DNA from: a virus
Lineage: Duplodnaviria > Heunggongvirae > Uroviricota > Caudoviricetes
Reading direction: 5' to 3' (one strand)
Virus record (IMG/VR): IMGVR_UViG_2877948078_000003
Length of the DNA: 64,000 bases
Position 1 is the stretch's first letter; each line of letters begins with the position of its first letter. Under the pieces are notes generated by a model. It made no database searches. It was given only the letters and a program-made list of their open reading frames with translations, and was not told the origin of the DNA. The position numbers and the translations under genes are program-made. Shown piece by piece: positions 39,253 to 49,623 of this stretch.

Positions 39253-39753
39253 ATGCCAAAACTCCCCGCACCACTGCGTAAAAAGCTGATTGCCCTTGTT
39301 CTGGCCGGTGCCGGGACGTTCACGATTGCCACGCATTACACCGGTTACTGGGAAGGGAAAGAAAACTCCACGTATATCGATCCCACCGGTACACCCACCA
39401 TCTGTTACGGCCATACCGGCCCGGATGTGAAACCGGGTATGACCCTGACAGATGAAGAATGCCTGGAACTACTGGAAAAGGACATGAAATGGGCCTTTGC
39501 GGCCATTGATCGGCGTGTTCAGGTGCCGCTTACCCGTGGTCAGACGGTGGCGCTGGCTTCGTGGATCTTCTGGGCCGGTGAAACGAACTTTCGCAACTCC
39601 ACGCTTCTGCGCCTGATCAATGCCGGGCAGATGCCCGCGTCCTGTAAGCAGTATATCCGCTGGATTTATTCAAAGGGGGTGAAACTTCCCGGCCTTGAGG
39701 CCCGCCGTTCGGCGGATGAATGGTTATGTCGCTACGACTTGCCGAAAGTCTGA
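39253..39753 (+). CDS. lys: SAR endolysin (lysozyme)
   Basis: SAR-like N-terminus LIALVLAGAGTFTIA and E..D..T lysozyme pattern. Confidence 0.8.
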   Translation: MPKLPAPLRKKLIALVLAGAGTFTIATHYTGYWEGKENSTYIDPTGTPTICYGHTGPDVKPGMTLTDEECLELLEKDMKWAFAAIDRRVQVPLTRGQTVALASWIFWAGETNFRNSTLLRLINAGQMPASCKQYIRWIYSKGVKLPGLEARRSADEWLCRYDLPKV

Positions 39754-39817
39754 ACCGCTTCTGGCGACCGCTCATGATAGCGCTGCTGTGTGCGGTACTG
39801 CTGTTACGGGGTGTCCT

Positions 39818-40216
39818 GTGGCTGCGGTGAATAACGCCTTACCGGCCCTGATTGCCGGGGCGTGCATGGCGGCGCTGGGGACTATCGCTGTACTGGTTGC
39901 CGCGATATGGGGAATGCACCAGAAGACGCAGCGCCTTGAAGACAATAATCAGGTGCTTGTGCGTGAGCGGGATGAGGCGCGTCAGGTGCTGGCAAATCAG
40001 CAGCACACCCTGCAACTCATTTCACAAATCAGTGAGGCGGCCACGAATGAAAAGCAACAGAACATTCAGCACAGCGAGGAGCAGCAGAGCGTTGTCCGCC
40101 GGTCGCTGGCAGCAGTGCCTGCGGCCTCTGTCCCTGTTCCTGATGATGTGGCTGACCGGGTGCGCCGGGCCGTCTGTGAAATACGTGCCTGTGAAGCCGG
40201 TGCCGATCCCCGCTGA
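39818..40216 (+). CDS. Spanin inner-membrane subunit (start uncertain, GTG)
   Basis: TM segment followed by coiled-coil; overlaps the lipoprotein gene. Confidence 0.55.
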   Translation: MAAVNNALPALIAGACMAALGTIAVLVAAIWGMHQKTQRLEDNNQVLVRERDEARQVLANQQHTLQLISQISEAATNEKQQNIQHSEEQQSVVRRSLAAVPAASVPVPDDVADRVRRAVCEIRACEAGADPR

Positions 40217-40418
40217 ATGGCTGGCTGACTGCCTGGTCCCTCCTGCGCCGGAGCCGTTCACGTTTGGGGCATCGGTCACTTACAACCTGCAACTGCTGGC
40301 GGTGATCAAGAACTGCAACGTGGATAAGGCCAGTATTCGTCGTCTGGAGGCGCGGCGACAACATGAATTTACTGATATGGCCGGAACGCCTGCTGTTCCG
40401 GCAGGAAAGACGAAGTAA
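40047..40418 (+). CDS. Spanin outer-membrane lipoprotein
   Basis: Signal peptide with lipobox LTGC; out-of-frame overlap with the i-spanin. Confidence 0.6.
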   Translation: MKSNRTFSTARSSRALSAGRWQQCLRPLSLFLMMWLTGCAGPSVKYVPVKPVPIPAEWLADCLVPPAPEPFTFGASVTYNLQLLAVIKNCNVDKASIRRLEARRQHEFTDMAGTPAVPAGKTK

Positions 40419-40428
40419 GGAAAAAGGT

Positions 40429-40656
40429 ATGGATGATTCAGATCGTGCTCAGGCTGTGATGGAGCGGGGATCAGAACGCGCCCTTTGTAACCGGCTGACA
40501 CGTAAGCGCCAGGCAGTGGATACGCCGGGCAGACGTGTCTGCGCGGACTGTGGCGGAGAGATCCCCGCCGCACGTCTTGTTGCTGTGCCGGATGCCATCC
40601 GTTGTGTGAACTGCCAGAACATCATGGAGGCCCGTCATGTGGGTCAGCATCGTTAA
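40429..40656 (+). CDS. TraR/DksA-family C4 zinc-finger protein
   Basis: CADCGGEIP..CVNCQ motif; AAGGAAAAAGG SD. Confidence 0.65.
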   Translation: MDDSDRAQAVMERGSERALCNRLTRKRQAVDTPGRRVCADCGGEIPAARLVAVPDAIRCVNCQNIMEARHVGQHR

Positions 40657-40945
40657 AGATTATGTTGTGCCGATCCTTTCGGCGACGGCAACCGCTGGCG
40701 GGATATTCATGGCGCTGATGCGCAAAACGTTTGTCCCCCGCGAGGCCTTTGAAAAACTCTCCGACCGCGTTGAGAAGGTGGAAACCCGTCTGTCGTCACT
40801 GCCGACAGAAGCCGAGGTCAACCGTCTGAATGTGGAAATCGTGACCCTGCGGGGTGAACTGAAAACCACGAACGCCACGCTCCGCTCTGTCTCCTATCAG
40901 AACGAACTGCTGCTGGAGCAGGCTGTAAGGAAAAAAACGCAATGA
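40637..40945 (+). CDS. Membrane protein with coiled-coil (Mu gp25-like)
   Basis: N-terminal TM segment then coiled-coil. Confidence 0.5.
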   Translation: MWVSIVKDYVVPILSATATAGGIFMALMRKTFVPREAFEKLSDRVEKVETRLSSLPTEAEVNRLNVEIVTLRGELKTTNATLRSVSYQNELLLEQAVRKKTQ

Positions 40946-41232
40946 GTGATTTCATTACTGAAGATCAGCGTCTGGTCATTCTGCGGTCGCTGGCAGATTA
41001 CAACGGTGAACTGGGTGAATCCGTGCTCCAGGACTGTCTGGATGATTACGGCCACCGCGTGTCCCGCGACACCGTTCACACCCACATTGCCTGGCTTGCC
41101 GAGCAGGGACTGGTGCGCAAACGTGTTCTGATTAACGGTTATTTCATCGCAGAGCTGACCGGCCGGGGGCAGGATGTGGCGGAAGGCCGCGCCAGTGTTC
41201 CGGGTGTGAAGAAACCACGCGCAAGGGGGTAA
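40942..41232 (+). CDS. Hypothetical protein (Mu gp26 position)
   Basis: 96-aa ORF between lysis genes and terminase. Confidence 0.5.
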   Translation: MSDFITEDQRLVILRSLADYNGELGESVLQDCLDDYGHRVSRDTVHTHIAWLAEQGLVRKRVLINGYFIAELTGRGQDVAEGRASVPGVKKPRARG

Positions 41233-41234
41233 CG

Positions 41235-41816
41235 ATGGACAAGCCGACGCGTGGTCGTGTACGCAAGGTGGATTTGCTCCCCGACAGTATCCGTAAGCCG
41301 CTGCTGGAAATGCTGCGTGAAAAACGTCTGACGCAGGTCCAGATCCGCGAGGAAATCAACCGTCTGATCCGTGAGGCGGGCCTGCCGGAAGAGCAGCAGC
41401 TTTCACCGGCGGCCATCAGCCGGGAAGCCTCCCGTAATGAGCTGATTGCCCGTAACCTGCGTGATTTACGCGAGCAGACAAAAGCCATGATGGCCGAACT
41501 GGGGGACAAGCCGACCGGTGAAACCACTGCACTGATTCTGGAGATGTCCCGCGCCCTGATGTACCGCCGTCTGCGTGCCGCCACCGAATCCCTGAACAGC
41601 GACAGCGACGTGGATATGCGTCTTATTAAGGACATCCTCCTGTCAGCACAGCGTGCGGAAAGTGCCGCCGAGCGCAGCATTAAGCGTGAAAAAGAAATCC
41701 GGGCTGCATTTGCTGAAGAGATGGCAAACGCCGTCACCGACGAGCTGCGCGGCGTGGACGGGATGAGTGAACAGCTTGAGTCCCGTATTAAGGGGATTCT
41801 GTTGGGTAAAGCCTGA
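41235..41816 (+). CDS. Mu gp27-like protein (candidate terminase small subunit)
   Basis: Immediately upstream of the large terminase; N-terminal HTH-like region. Confidence 0.55.
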   Translation: MDKPTRGRVRKVDLLPDSIRKPLLEMLREKRLTQVQIREEINRLIREAGLPEEQQLSPAAISREASRNELIARNLRDLREQTKAMMAELGDKPTGETTALILEMSRALMYRRLRAATESLNSDSDVDMRLIKDILLSAQRAESAAERSIKREKEIRAAFAEEMANAVTDELRGVDGMSEQLESRIKGILLGKA

Positions 41817-43480
41817 TGAATAACGCCGAAGAACGCTCACCCTTACTGACGAATACCGTCTCCACCCGCAAAATTGATCTGGCCGGTGAAAAAGCCCTGC
41901 TGGGCGTGGATGTGCCGGACAGCCTTGATTTGCCCGGTGATATGCCGGTGTTTCTGGATTATCAGGCCCGCTGGTTTGAGGATGAAAGCGAGGTCTGCAT
42001 CGCGGAAAAATCCCGCCGCACCGGGCTTACCTGGGCGGAAGCCGGGCGTAACGTCATTACCGCTGCAAAACCGAAGCGGCGTGGTGGCCGCAATGTGTTT
42101 TATGTGGGGTCAAAGCAGGAGATGGCGCTGGAATATATTTCTGCCTGTGCATTGTTCTCCCGTGCCTTTAACCAGCTGGCCGATGCTGATGTGTATGAGC
42201 AGACCTTCTGGGATCGGGATAAAAAAGAAGAAATTCTGACCTACATGATCCGCTTTCCGAACAGTGGATTCAAAATTCAGGCGCTGTCTTCCCGTCCGTC
42301 AAACCTGCGCGGCCTTCAGGGGGATGTGGTGATTGATGAAGCCGCGTTCCACGAGTCGCTGGATGAACTTCTCAAGGCGGCAATGGCGCTTACCATGTGG
42401 GGCGCGCGCGTGCGTATTATCTCCACGCATAACGGCGTCGATAATCTGTTTAATCAGTACATTCAGGAAGCCCGCGAGGGGCGCAAGGATTACAGCGTCC
42501 ACCGCATTACCCTGGATGATGCCATTACGGACGGGTTGTACCGTCGTATCTGTTATGTCACCGGCCGCGAATGGTCACCGGAAAGCGAGCAGAAGTGGCG
42601 TGATGATCTCTACAAAAACGCCCCGACCCGTGAGGATGCCGACGAGGAATACGGCTGTATCCCGAAAAAATCCGGCGGTGCCTATATTCCTCACGCACTT
42701 ATTGAAATGGCGATGATCCGCGACATCCCGATTCTGACGTTTGAAGCCCCGGACGACTTCATCAGCCGTGCCGCATGGCTGCGTGAATCGGAAGTTTTAA
42801 CCTGGTGTGAAGAACATTTAAAACCGCTTTTAGAGGCGTTAAATCCCCGTTCCCGCTTCAGCTTCGGGGAAGACTTTGCCCGCACCGGTGACCTGTCCTG
42901 CTTTGTGCTGCTGGAAATCACTGAATCCCTGGCAAAACGCGAGGTGTTTCGCGTGGAGCTGCGCAACCTGCCGTATGCCCAGCAGGAGCAGGTGATGATG
43001 TACATCCTGACCCGCGTTCCGGCGCTGGTCGGTGCGGCGTTCGACGCCACCGGTAACGGCGACTATCTGGCCGAAGCCGCGCTGCTGGCCTTTGGCCCGG
43101 ACATCATCGACTGCGTGATGTTATCGCCGAAGTGGTACGGCGAGTGGATGCCAAAACTGAAGGCCGAGTTTGAAGATCAGAATATCCTCGTCGCCCGCCA
43201 TCAGACCACGCTTGATGATTTGCGCCATGTGAAGATGGTGAACGGTATCCCGCAAATCGACAAGGGGCGCACGAAGGACCAGAACGCAACGGCTGTGAAC
43301 GCCCGCCGCCATGGCGATTTTGCCGTGGCGCTCTGTATGGCAAACCGGGCGTCATACATGGAGGGCTTCATCCTGGATGAATCAGCCTGTCAGGCGCTGC
43401 CGGAGCGGTCGCGGGCAATGGAGGGCGGTTATCGTGATGACGATGAGGCATATCATGAATTTGATCGGGGGTGCTGGTAG
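41816..43480 (+). CDS. Terminase large subunit (Mu gp28-like)
   Basis: 554 aa; ATPase motif VVIDEAAF; position. Confidence 0.85.
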   Translation: MNNAEERSPLLTNTVSTRKIDLAGEKALLGVDVPDSLDLPGDMPVFLDYQARWFEDESEVCIAEKSRRTGLTWAEAGRNVITAAKPKRRGGRNVFYVGSKQEMALEYISACALFSRAFNQLADADVYEQTFWDRDKKEEILTYMIRFPNSGFKIQALSSRPSNLRGLQGDVVIDEAAFHESLDELLKAAMALTMWGARVRIISTHNGVDNLFNQYIQEAREGRKDYSVHRITLDDAITDGLYRRICYVTGREWSPESEQKWRDDLYKNAPTREDADEEYGCIPKKSGGAYIPHALIEMAMIRDIPILTFEAPDDFISRAAWLRESEVLTWCEEHLKPLLEALNPRSRFSFGEDFARTGDLSCFVLLEITESLAKREVFRVELRNLPYAQQEQVMMYILTRVPALVGAAFDATGNGDYLAEAALLAFGPDIIDCVMLSPKWYGEWMPKLKAEFEDQNILVARHQTTLDDLRHVKMVNGIPQIDKGRTKDQNATAVNARRHGDFAVALCMANRASYMEGFILDESACQALPERSRAMEGGYRDDDEAYHEFDRGCW

Positions 43481-45069
43481 TGGGACGCATAATTGATCTT
43501 GACGGAAAACCTTTCTCCTTTGACCCGGAGATGCAGAGTGCCGTGCTGGATATTCCGCAGATTGCCAGCCGTTATATTGAGCATCCGGCCTCGGGTATCA
43601 CCCCGAACCGGGCGGCACAGTGCCTTCGCGGGGCTGAACGTGGCGATCTGATTGCCCAGTCCGATCTGGCCGCTGACATTGAAGAAAAGGATACCCATCT
43701 TTTTGCAGAGCTGGGCAAGCGACGTCTTGCCATTCAGGGGGTGCCCTGGAGTATTGAGCCGCCCCCGAACGCCAGCGCGAATGAGAAAAAGGACGCGGAA
43801 ATGCTCGACGAATACCTGCATTCCGCCGACTGGTTTGATGCCATGCTGTTTGATGCCACCGATGCCATCCTGAAAGGCTATTCCTGCATGGAGATTGAGC
43901 ACGGGATGCTCGGTAAAATGCACATCATCCGCGCCATCCGCTGGCGTGACAGCGGGCATTTCTGCCTTAACCCGGATGATTTGAGCGAACTGCGGCTGCG
44001 TGACGGCAGCCATGCCGGGGTGGCGTTTCAGCCCTTTGGCTGGATAGTGCATCAGTCACGTTCACGCACCGGTTACGGCGGCGCAACAGGGCTTGTCAGA
44101 ACGCTTATCTGGCCGTTCATTTTCAAAAACTATTCCGTGCGCGATCTGGCTGAATTTCTGGAGGTGTACGGCCTGCCGATGAAGGTCGGTAAATACCCGT
44201 CCGGGGCAACACCGGAGCAGAAAAGCGCCCTGATGCGGGCGGTGATGGATATCGGGCGACGTACAGGCGGGATCATCCCGGCCGGGATGTCGCTGGAGTT
44301 TCAGGCAGCCGCGAACGGTCAGGCCGATCCGTTTGAAACCATGATTTCGTGGGGGGAGCGTTCCATCTCCAAAGCAATACTCGGCGGCACGCTGACCACG
44401 GAAGCCGGAGACAAAGGCGCGCGCTCGCTGGGTGAAGTGCATAACGAGGTGCGCCGGGAAATCAGGGATTCTGATTTACGCCAGCTGGCCGCCACGCTGA
44501 ACCGCGATCTGGTGTATCCGCTGTATGCCCTGAACACCGCCCACGCCATTGATATCCGTCGCCTGCCGCGTATCTGTTTCCAGACAAAAGAGCCGGGGGA
44601 TATCACCAAAATCACCAGTGCGGTGATGCAGCTCAGTACGGGGATGGATATTTCTGATCCCTGGATAAGGGAGCAGACCGGTATTCCGCAGCCCACGCCC
44701 GGTGAAGCCATCTTCCGTGTCCGTCAGAGTGGCAATGAACCTGCTCAGACAGACAAAGAGATGCCACCGGAAAAACAGGAGAAGACAGAGCAGACAGCGC
44801 TGGCTGCCAGACTGCCGGAAGCGAAAAGCAGCCCCCGTGATGAACTGGACGACATGGGGGATGCGGTGCCTGCCCGCCGGTTACAGGAGGCCATCGACCC
44901 GGTACTGGAGCCGGTCATTGATGCCATCAGAACGCGGGGGCTGGCGGAGGCACTGGCAGACCTGCCCGCCCTTTACCGTGAAATGGATGATTCCCGCCTG
45001 ATGACGCTGCTCAGTGATGCCATGTTTGCTGCGGAAATGAAGGGGATGCTGGATGGCACAGGGGATTGA
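43471..45069 (+). CDS. Portal protein (Mu gp29-like); start uncertain (GTG)
   Basis: 532 aa directly after the terminase. Confidence 0.8.
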   Translation: MLVVGRIIDLDGKPFSFDPEMQSAVLDIPQIASRYIEHPASGITPNRAAQCLRGAERGDLIAQSDLAADIEEKDTHLFAELGKRRLAIQGVPWSIEPPPNASANEKKDAEMLDEYLHSADWFDAMLFDATDAILKGYSCMEIEHGMLGKMHIIRAIRWRDSGHFCLNPDDLSELRLRDGSHAGVAFQPFGWIVHQSRSRTGYGGATGLVRTLIWPFIFKNYSVRDLAEFLEVYGLPMKVGKYPSGATPEQKSALMRAVMDIGRRTGGIIPAGMSLEFQAAANGQADPFETMISWGERSISKAILGGTLTTEAGDKGARSLGEVHNEVRREIRDSDLRQLAATLNRDLVYPLYALNTAHAIDIRRLPRICFQTKEPGDITKITSAVMQLSTGMDISDPWIREQTGIPQPTPGEAIFRVRQSGNEPAQTDKEMPPEKQEKTEQTALAARLPEAKSSPRDELDDMGDAVPARRLQEAIDPVLEPVIDAIRTRGLAEALADLPALYREMDDSRLMTLLSDAMFAAEMKGMLDGTGD

Positions 45070-46384
45070 TTTAGGTTATGCCGCCACCCTTCCCTCAAAA
45101 GAGGCGGTGGCATACTTCCGCGCCAAAGGGGAGCATATCAGCTGGAACTGGTTCGAAACAGACGCGGATGTTCATGCCCGTTCATTCACGGCGGCAAGAG
45201 TGGCACGCCTGGACGTACTGACCACACTACAGGCGGAAGTGCAGCGTGCTGTTGATGAGGGGATTTCACAGAAAGCATTTATCAGCACGCTGACACCCCG
45301 CCTGCAAAAGCTGGGATGGTGGGGAAAACAGATTGTGGTGGACAGCGCCGGTAACGCAGAAGAAGTGCAGCTGGGCAGTCCCCGCCGTCTGGCGCTGATT
45401 TACAACGTGAACACCCGTGTGGCTTACAATGCCGGGCGTTACACGCAGATGATGAACAACACGGACACGCATCCGTTCTGGCAGTATGTGGCGGTGATGG
45501 ACAGCCGCACCCGCCCGGCGCATTCCGCTCTTAACGGTCTGGTATTCCGCTATGACGATCCGTTCTGGAATACACACTACCCACCCAATGGCTGGAACTG
45601 TCGCTGCCGTGTCCGGCCATTGTCTCAGGCCCGTCTGGATGCAATGGGGTTATCCGTTTCATCCGGTCAGGATCATCTCTCCACCCGCAATGTTGAGGCT
45701 GGCGTGGATAAGCAGACCGGGGAAGTCAGAGAAATGCCGGTGACCACATATTCAGATGGCACCAGAACCATGACACCGGATGTGGGCTGGTCATATAACC
45801 CCGGTTCGGCGGCGTTCGGCACAGACCAGGCGCTGATCCGTAAACTGATCGAGGTGAAAAGCCCGGCGCTGCGGGAAATGGTGGTTCAGGAGATGAACAA
45901 CAGCCCGGAGCGGCAACTGGCGTTCCGCATCTGGGCAAAAAACATCATGAAAACCCGGCGAGGCGGTAACGATATCCGCACGCTGGGCTTTATGACCGAA
46001 AGCATTGCGCAGGCGGTGGAAAGCCGGACGGGAACGCCACCAGCCCGCCTGCTGGCGATGAGCGGTAAAAATGTGCTCCATGCGGACAGCATGAAACATC
46101 AGAATGACGGTATCGCCCTGACGCCGGAGGATTTCGGGCGCTTACCGGCAATGCTGGCAAGGCCAAAAGCGGTACTGTGGGACAAACGGCACAACAATCT
46201 GATGTATATCGTGGAAAATCAGGATGGCAGTGTGCAGATTGCCGTTAATGCACCGTACAGCCTGAAGCGTCAGCCGGATAAACTGGATGTGATTGTTAAT
46301 GCTTACCGGGTTATCAATATGGATAAGCTGAAATCGGATGTCCGGGGCGGAATGCTTGAGGTACTGGAAGGAGATATTGATTAA
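45053..46384 (+). CDS. Head morphogenesis protein (Mu F-like)
   Basis: 443 aa; TRPAHSALNG..YPPNGWNCRCR motif typical of the Mu F family. Confidence 0.8.
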   Translation: MAQGIDLGYAATLPSKEAVAYFRAKGEHISWNWFETDADVHARSFTAARVARLDVLTTLQAEVQRAVDEGISQKAFISTLTPRLQKLGWWGKQIVVDSAGNAEEVQLGSPRRLALIYNVNTRVAYNAGRYTQMMNNTDTHPFWQYVAVMDSRTRPAHSALNGLVFRYDDPFWNTHYPPNGWNCRCRVRPLSQARLDAMGLSVSSGQDHLSTRNVEAGVDKQTGEVREMPVTTYSDGTRTMTPDVGWSYNPGSAAFGTDQALIRKLIEVKSPALREMVVQEMNNSPERQLAFRIWAKNIMKTRRGGNDIRTLGFMTESIAQAVESRTGTPPARLLAMSGKNVLHADSMKHQNDGIALTPEDFGRLPAMLARPKAVLWDKRHNNLMYIVENQDGSVQIAVNAPYSLKRQPDKLDVIVNAYRVINMDKLKSDVRGGMLEVLEGDID

Positions 46385-46505
46385 CGGTCAGTGGCGGGGG
46401 TCGAACCCGCATACATGATCCACCCGGAGGCAGGCACCGACTTTACCAGTTAAGCGTACACTGACCGCCTGTTTATTTTATATTCATCCTTTATGCGGAG
46501 GCAAT

Positions 46506-46979
46506 ATGTCATCCATTGATGCCGCTGTCGTTGTTGACGTTACGCGTCTCCAGCGGGTCTTTGCCCGGCTTCAGTTTGTGGGTGGTGGAAAAGACCTGAC
46601 CCGCAGTGTGGCGTCCAGCCTTCTGTCATCGTCAGAAATGGCGTTTGAACAGGAAAAAGAGCCGGACGGCGAACGCTGGCATGACTGGTCAGATCCTTAC
46701 CGCAAGTGGCGTACCCGTAAGGGATACATGCCCGGCAAAATCCTGACGCTGAACGGCGATCTGGCCCGACGCCTGACCACGGATTATGGCGATACCTGGG
46801 CGCTGATTGGATCAAATGAGCCTTATGCGGCCATTCATCAGTGGGGGGGCCTGCCAGGTATGCCGCCTGGACCGGCGGCCATTGGTGCACGTCCGTATAT
46901 GGGCTTTGATCAGGTGGCAGAGCAGGAGATCATGGACGAAATCAGAAAACGCTTTAAAAAGGCCACAGAAACGCCTTAA
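46506..46979 (+). CDS. Virion morphogenesis protein (Mu G-like)
   Basis: 157 aa; position between F and the protease. Confidence 0.65.
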   Translation: MSSIDAAVVVDVTRLQRVFARLQFVGGGKDLTRSVASSLLSSSEMAFEQEKEPDGERWHDWSDPYRKWRTRKGYMPGKILTLNGDLARRLTTDYGDTWALIGSNEPYAAIHQWGGLPGMPPGPAAIGARPYMGFDQVAEQEIMDEIRKRFKKATETP

Positions 46980-47154
46980 TTGTTTAAGGTATGCAAATGC
47001 ATTACCTTACCCCCTTCAGGCGCGTGTCGTGATTTTCTAACCTGTATTTAACGGGCTTTAAAATCTGCGTGAAGCGCCTTTGCATTTTTTCCTGAAAGCA
47101 CTTCCTGAAATCCCGCAAAACCCGCCCTGAAAATTCCCGGCCTATGCTGCCGGA

Positions 47155-48279
47155 ATGAAGACGAAAAACACGCCCAAACTTGCTTATGCCATTCTGAATG
47201 CCATCAGCCTGTCCGCAGACGGGGACGGTGACTGGTGTCAGATCATGCCAGCCGGTCGGGTAAAGGCCCGTGACGGTCGCCCGGAAAAACCGGCCGAGGG
47301 CTGGCTGATCAACCATGCAGCCGTTGAGCGCATGGTCTCCCGTGTTGTGGCGCTCAATCAGCCGGTGAAAATTGACTACAACCACCAGACCCTGATTGAG
47401 GGACATCCGGCACCGGCTGCCGGTTTTGTGATGGCCTCACCGGAGAATTTTCGCTTCAGTGAAGAGCGAGGTTTCGAGGTGCGCCCGAAGTGGAACCCTC
47501 CGGCCCTTGAACATCTGCGTAATAACGAATTCCCCTGGTTTTCACCGGTGATTGGCTATGACGAGAGCACCGGCGAACCTGTCGAACTTCGGATGCTGGC
47601 TATTACCGGTGACCCCGGTCTGACCGGCATGAATCCTGTCGCCGCACTGTCGGCGGATGACCTTTATAACGCCTTAAACCCTCCTTTAAAGGATACCTCC
47701 ATGAATGAGCAATTACGCCAGTTGCTGACGGCGCTCGGTCTGACCGTGGCTGACGGTGACGAATTTACGCCGGAGCTGGGCACGGCAGCGCTGTCTGCCC
47801 TCACCGGGATCAAAACCCGTGCGGATGCACACGACAACCTGAAAACACAGGTCGCCAGTCTGTCGGCAGAGCTGGAAACTGCAAAAGGCACACCGGCTGG
47901 CGGCAGTATTGACCTGACGAAATACGTGCCCGTTGAAACGTATAACGCCCTGCGTACCGAATACGTTGCGCTGTCGGCGCAGCACGGCAGCACCACGCTG
48001 GAGCAGTTGCTGGACAAGGCCGAGTCCGAAGGACGCATCTTCAAAAGTGAACGCGGCTATCTGGAACAACTGGGCGGGCAGATTGGCGTGGCGGCACTTT
48101 CTGCACAGCTTGACGCCCGCCAGCCGGTTGCGGCCCTGACCGGCCTTCAGACCGACACCGTGACCGTGCCGGATAAAAAGACTGCCACCGCTGTGCTGTC
48201 GGCTGAAGATATCGCGGCCGCCAAACTGCTGGGTAAAACCGAAGCCGAGTTCCTGAAAATGAAAGAGGAAATGCAATAA
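47155..48279 (+). CDS. Head maturation protease / scaffold (Mu I-like)
   Basis: 374 aa immediately upstream of the major head gene. Confidence 0.7.
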   Translation: MKTKNTPKLAYAILNAISLSADGDGDWCQIMPAGRVKARDGRPEKPAEGWLINHAAVERMVSRVVALNQPVKIDYNHQTLIEGHPAPAAGFVMASPENFRFSEERGFEVRPKWNPPALEHLRNNEFPWFSPVIGYDESTGEPVELRMLAITGDPGLTGMNPVAALSADDLYNALNPPLKDTSMNEQLRQLLTALGLTVADGDEFTPELGTAALSALTGIKTRADAHDNLKTQVASLSAELETAKGTPAGGSIDLTKYVPVETYNALRTEYVALSAQHGSTTLEQLLDKAESEGRIFKSERGYLEQLGGQIGVAALSAQLDARQPVAALTGLQTDTVTVPDKKTATAVLSAEDIAAAKLLGKTEAEFLKMKEEMQ

Positions 48280-49226
48280 TGCCTACCCCGATTACACCGG
48301 CGATGATCACCGCCCTGATGACGGGCTACCGTTCTGATTTTCAGGCCGGGATGTCCATGGCCCCGTCGCAGTACAAAAAAATTGCGATGACCGTGCCCTC
48401 CACATCGAAATCCAACACCTACGGCTGGCTGGGGCAGTTCCCGCAGTTCCGTGAGTGGATCGGCTCCCGCGTCATCGAGAAGATGAAGGCCTATGGCTAT
48501 GCCATCGTGAACAAAACCTTTGAAGGCACCGTCGCCATTAACCGCGATGACTTCGAAGACGATAACCTCGGTATTTATTCCCCGTTGTTCCAGGAGATGG
48601 GGCGCGCTGCGGCGGTACAACCGGATGAGCTGGTCTTTGCTGCCCTGCGTGACGGGATCAGTGCGGCCTGCTATGACGGTCAGAACTTCTTTGATACCGA
48701 ACATCCGGTTTACCCCAAAGTGGATGGCTCCGGGGATGCGCAGATGGTCAGCAATATGTTTGTGGCAAAAACCGGCTCTGTCGGCGCACAGGCTGATTAC
48801 AGCGGTCCGGCCTGGTATCTGCTTGACTGCTCCCGCGCGGTAAAACCGCTGATTTATCAGGATCGCCGTAAGGCTGAACTGGTTGCCCAGACCAAAGTCG
48901 ATGAAGGTCGCGCATTCACCGATAACGAATTTGTGTTTGGTGCATCCGCCCGTCGCAATGTGGGCTACGGCTTCTGGCAGATGGCCTACATGATGCAGTC
49001 ACCGCTGACGCTGGATGCACTGTGGCACGGCTGGTCAGCCATGCGCGAATTTACCGCTGACGGTGGCCGCAAACTCGGCATTAAACCCACCCATATTGTT
49101 GTCCCCACCTCGCTGGAAAAACAGGCGGTGCAGCTGCTGGAGCGTGAACTGTTCGCAGACGGAAACGCAACCGTCTCTAACGAGATGAAGGGCAAGCTGG
49201 AGCTGGTTGTCGCGGATTATCTGTAA
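48279..49226 (+). CDS. Major head subunit (Mu T-like)
   Basis: 315 aa; position and composition. Confidence 0.85.
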   Translation: MPTPITPAMITALMTGYRSDFQAGMSMAPSQYKKIAMTVPSTSKSNTYGWLGQFPQFREWIGSRVIEKMKAYGYAIVNKTFEGTVAINRDDFEDDNLGIYSPLFQEMGRAAAVQPDELVFAALRDGISAACYDGQNFFDTEHPVYPKVDGSGDAQMVSNMFVAKTGSVGAQADYSGPAWYLLDCSRAVKPLIYQDRRKAELVAQTKVDEGRAFTDNEFVFGASARRNVGYGFWQMAYMMQSPLTLDALWHGWSAMREFTADGGRKLGIKPTHIVVPTSLEKQAVQLLERELFADGNATVSNEMKGKLELVVADYL

Positions 49227-49269
49227 ACGGTGAGCCGGGCTTACGGCCCGGCCCCTGCGGAGGGCAAAT

Positions 49270-49623
49270 ATGAATGAACATCACACTGTGGCAGCAACAG
49301 ATGATTCAGGTCTTCAGGTCAGTGGTGACAATTCTGTCACGGTGCTGGCAGAAGTGCGTTGCAGTCGTTCGGCGTTTCGTCGTGCGGGGTTCCTGTTCAC
49401 GCGTGGACGTCAGCAGGTTGAGGTCACCCCGGAGCAGCTTGCCCGACTGGAGGCGGAGCCATGCCTCACTGTGCGAATACTACAGACGCCTGCTGATGAT
49501 GCGGGGAGCGTGGCGGGTGTGGTTCATGCAGTGGCCGGTACAGATTTAGCCGAAGCCGGACAGGATACTCCCCGGAAAAAGACCGGTAACAAAGCGAAAC
49601 AGGCGAAAAAGGCCCGCGCATGA
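49270..49623 (+). CDS. Hypothetical head-associated protein
   Basis: 117-aa ORF. Confidence 0.45.
   Translation: MNEHHTVAATDDSGLQVSGDNSVTVLAEVRCSRSAFRRAGFLFTRGRQQVEVTPEQLARLEAEPCLTVRILQTPADDAGSVAGVVHAVAGTDLAEAGQDTPRKKTGNKAKQAKKARA

Noticed and set aside
46385-46470. Bona fide tRNA gene after the Mu-like F gene
   Set aside because: Only the T-arm and acceptor-like pairing are convincing; D and anticodon arms could not be folded canonically and no CCA is encoded. Kept as a finding, not a feature.
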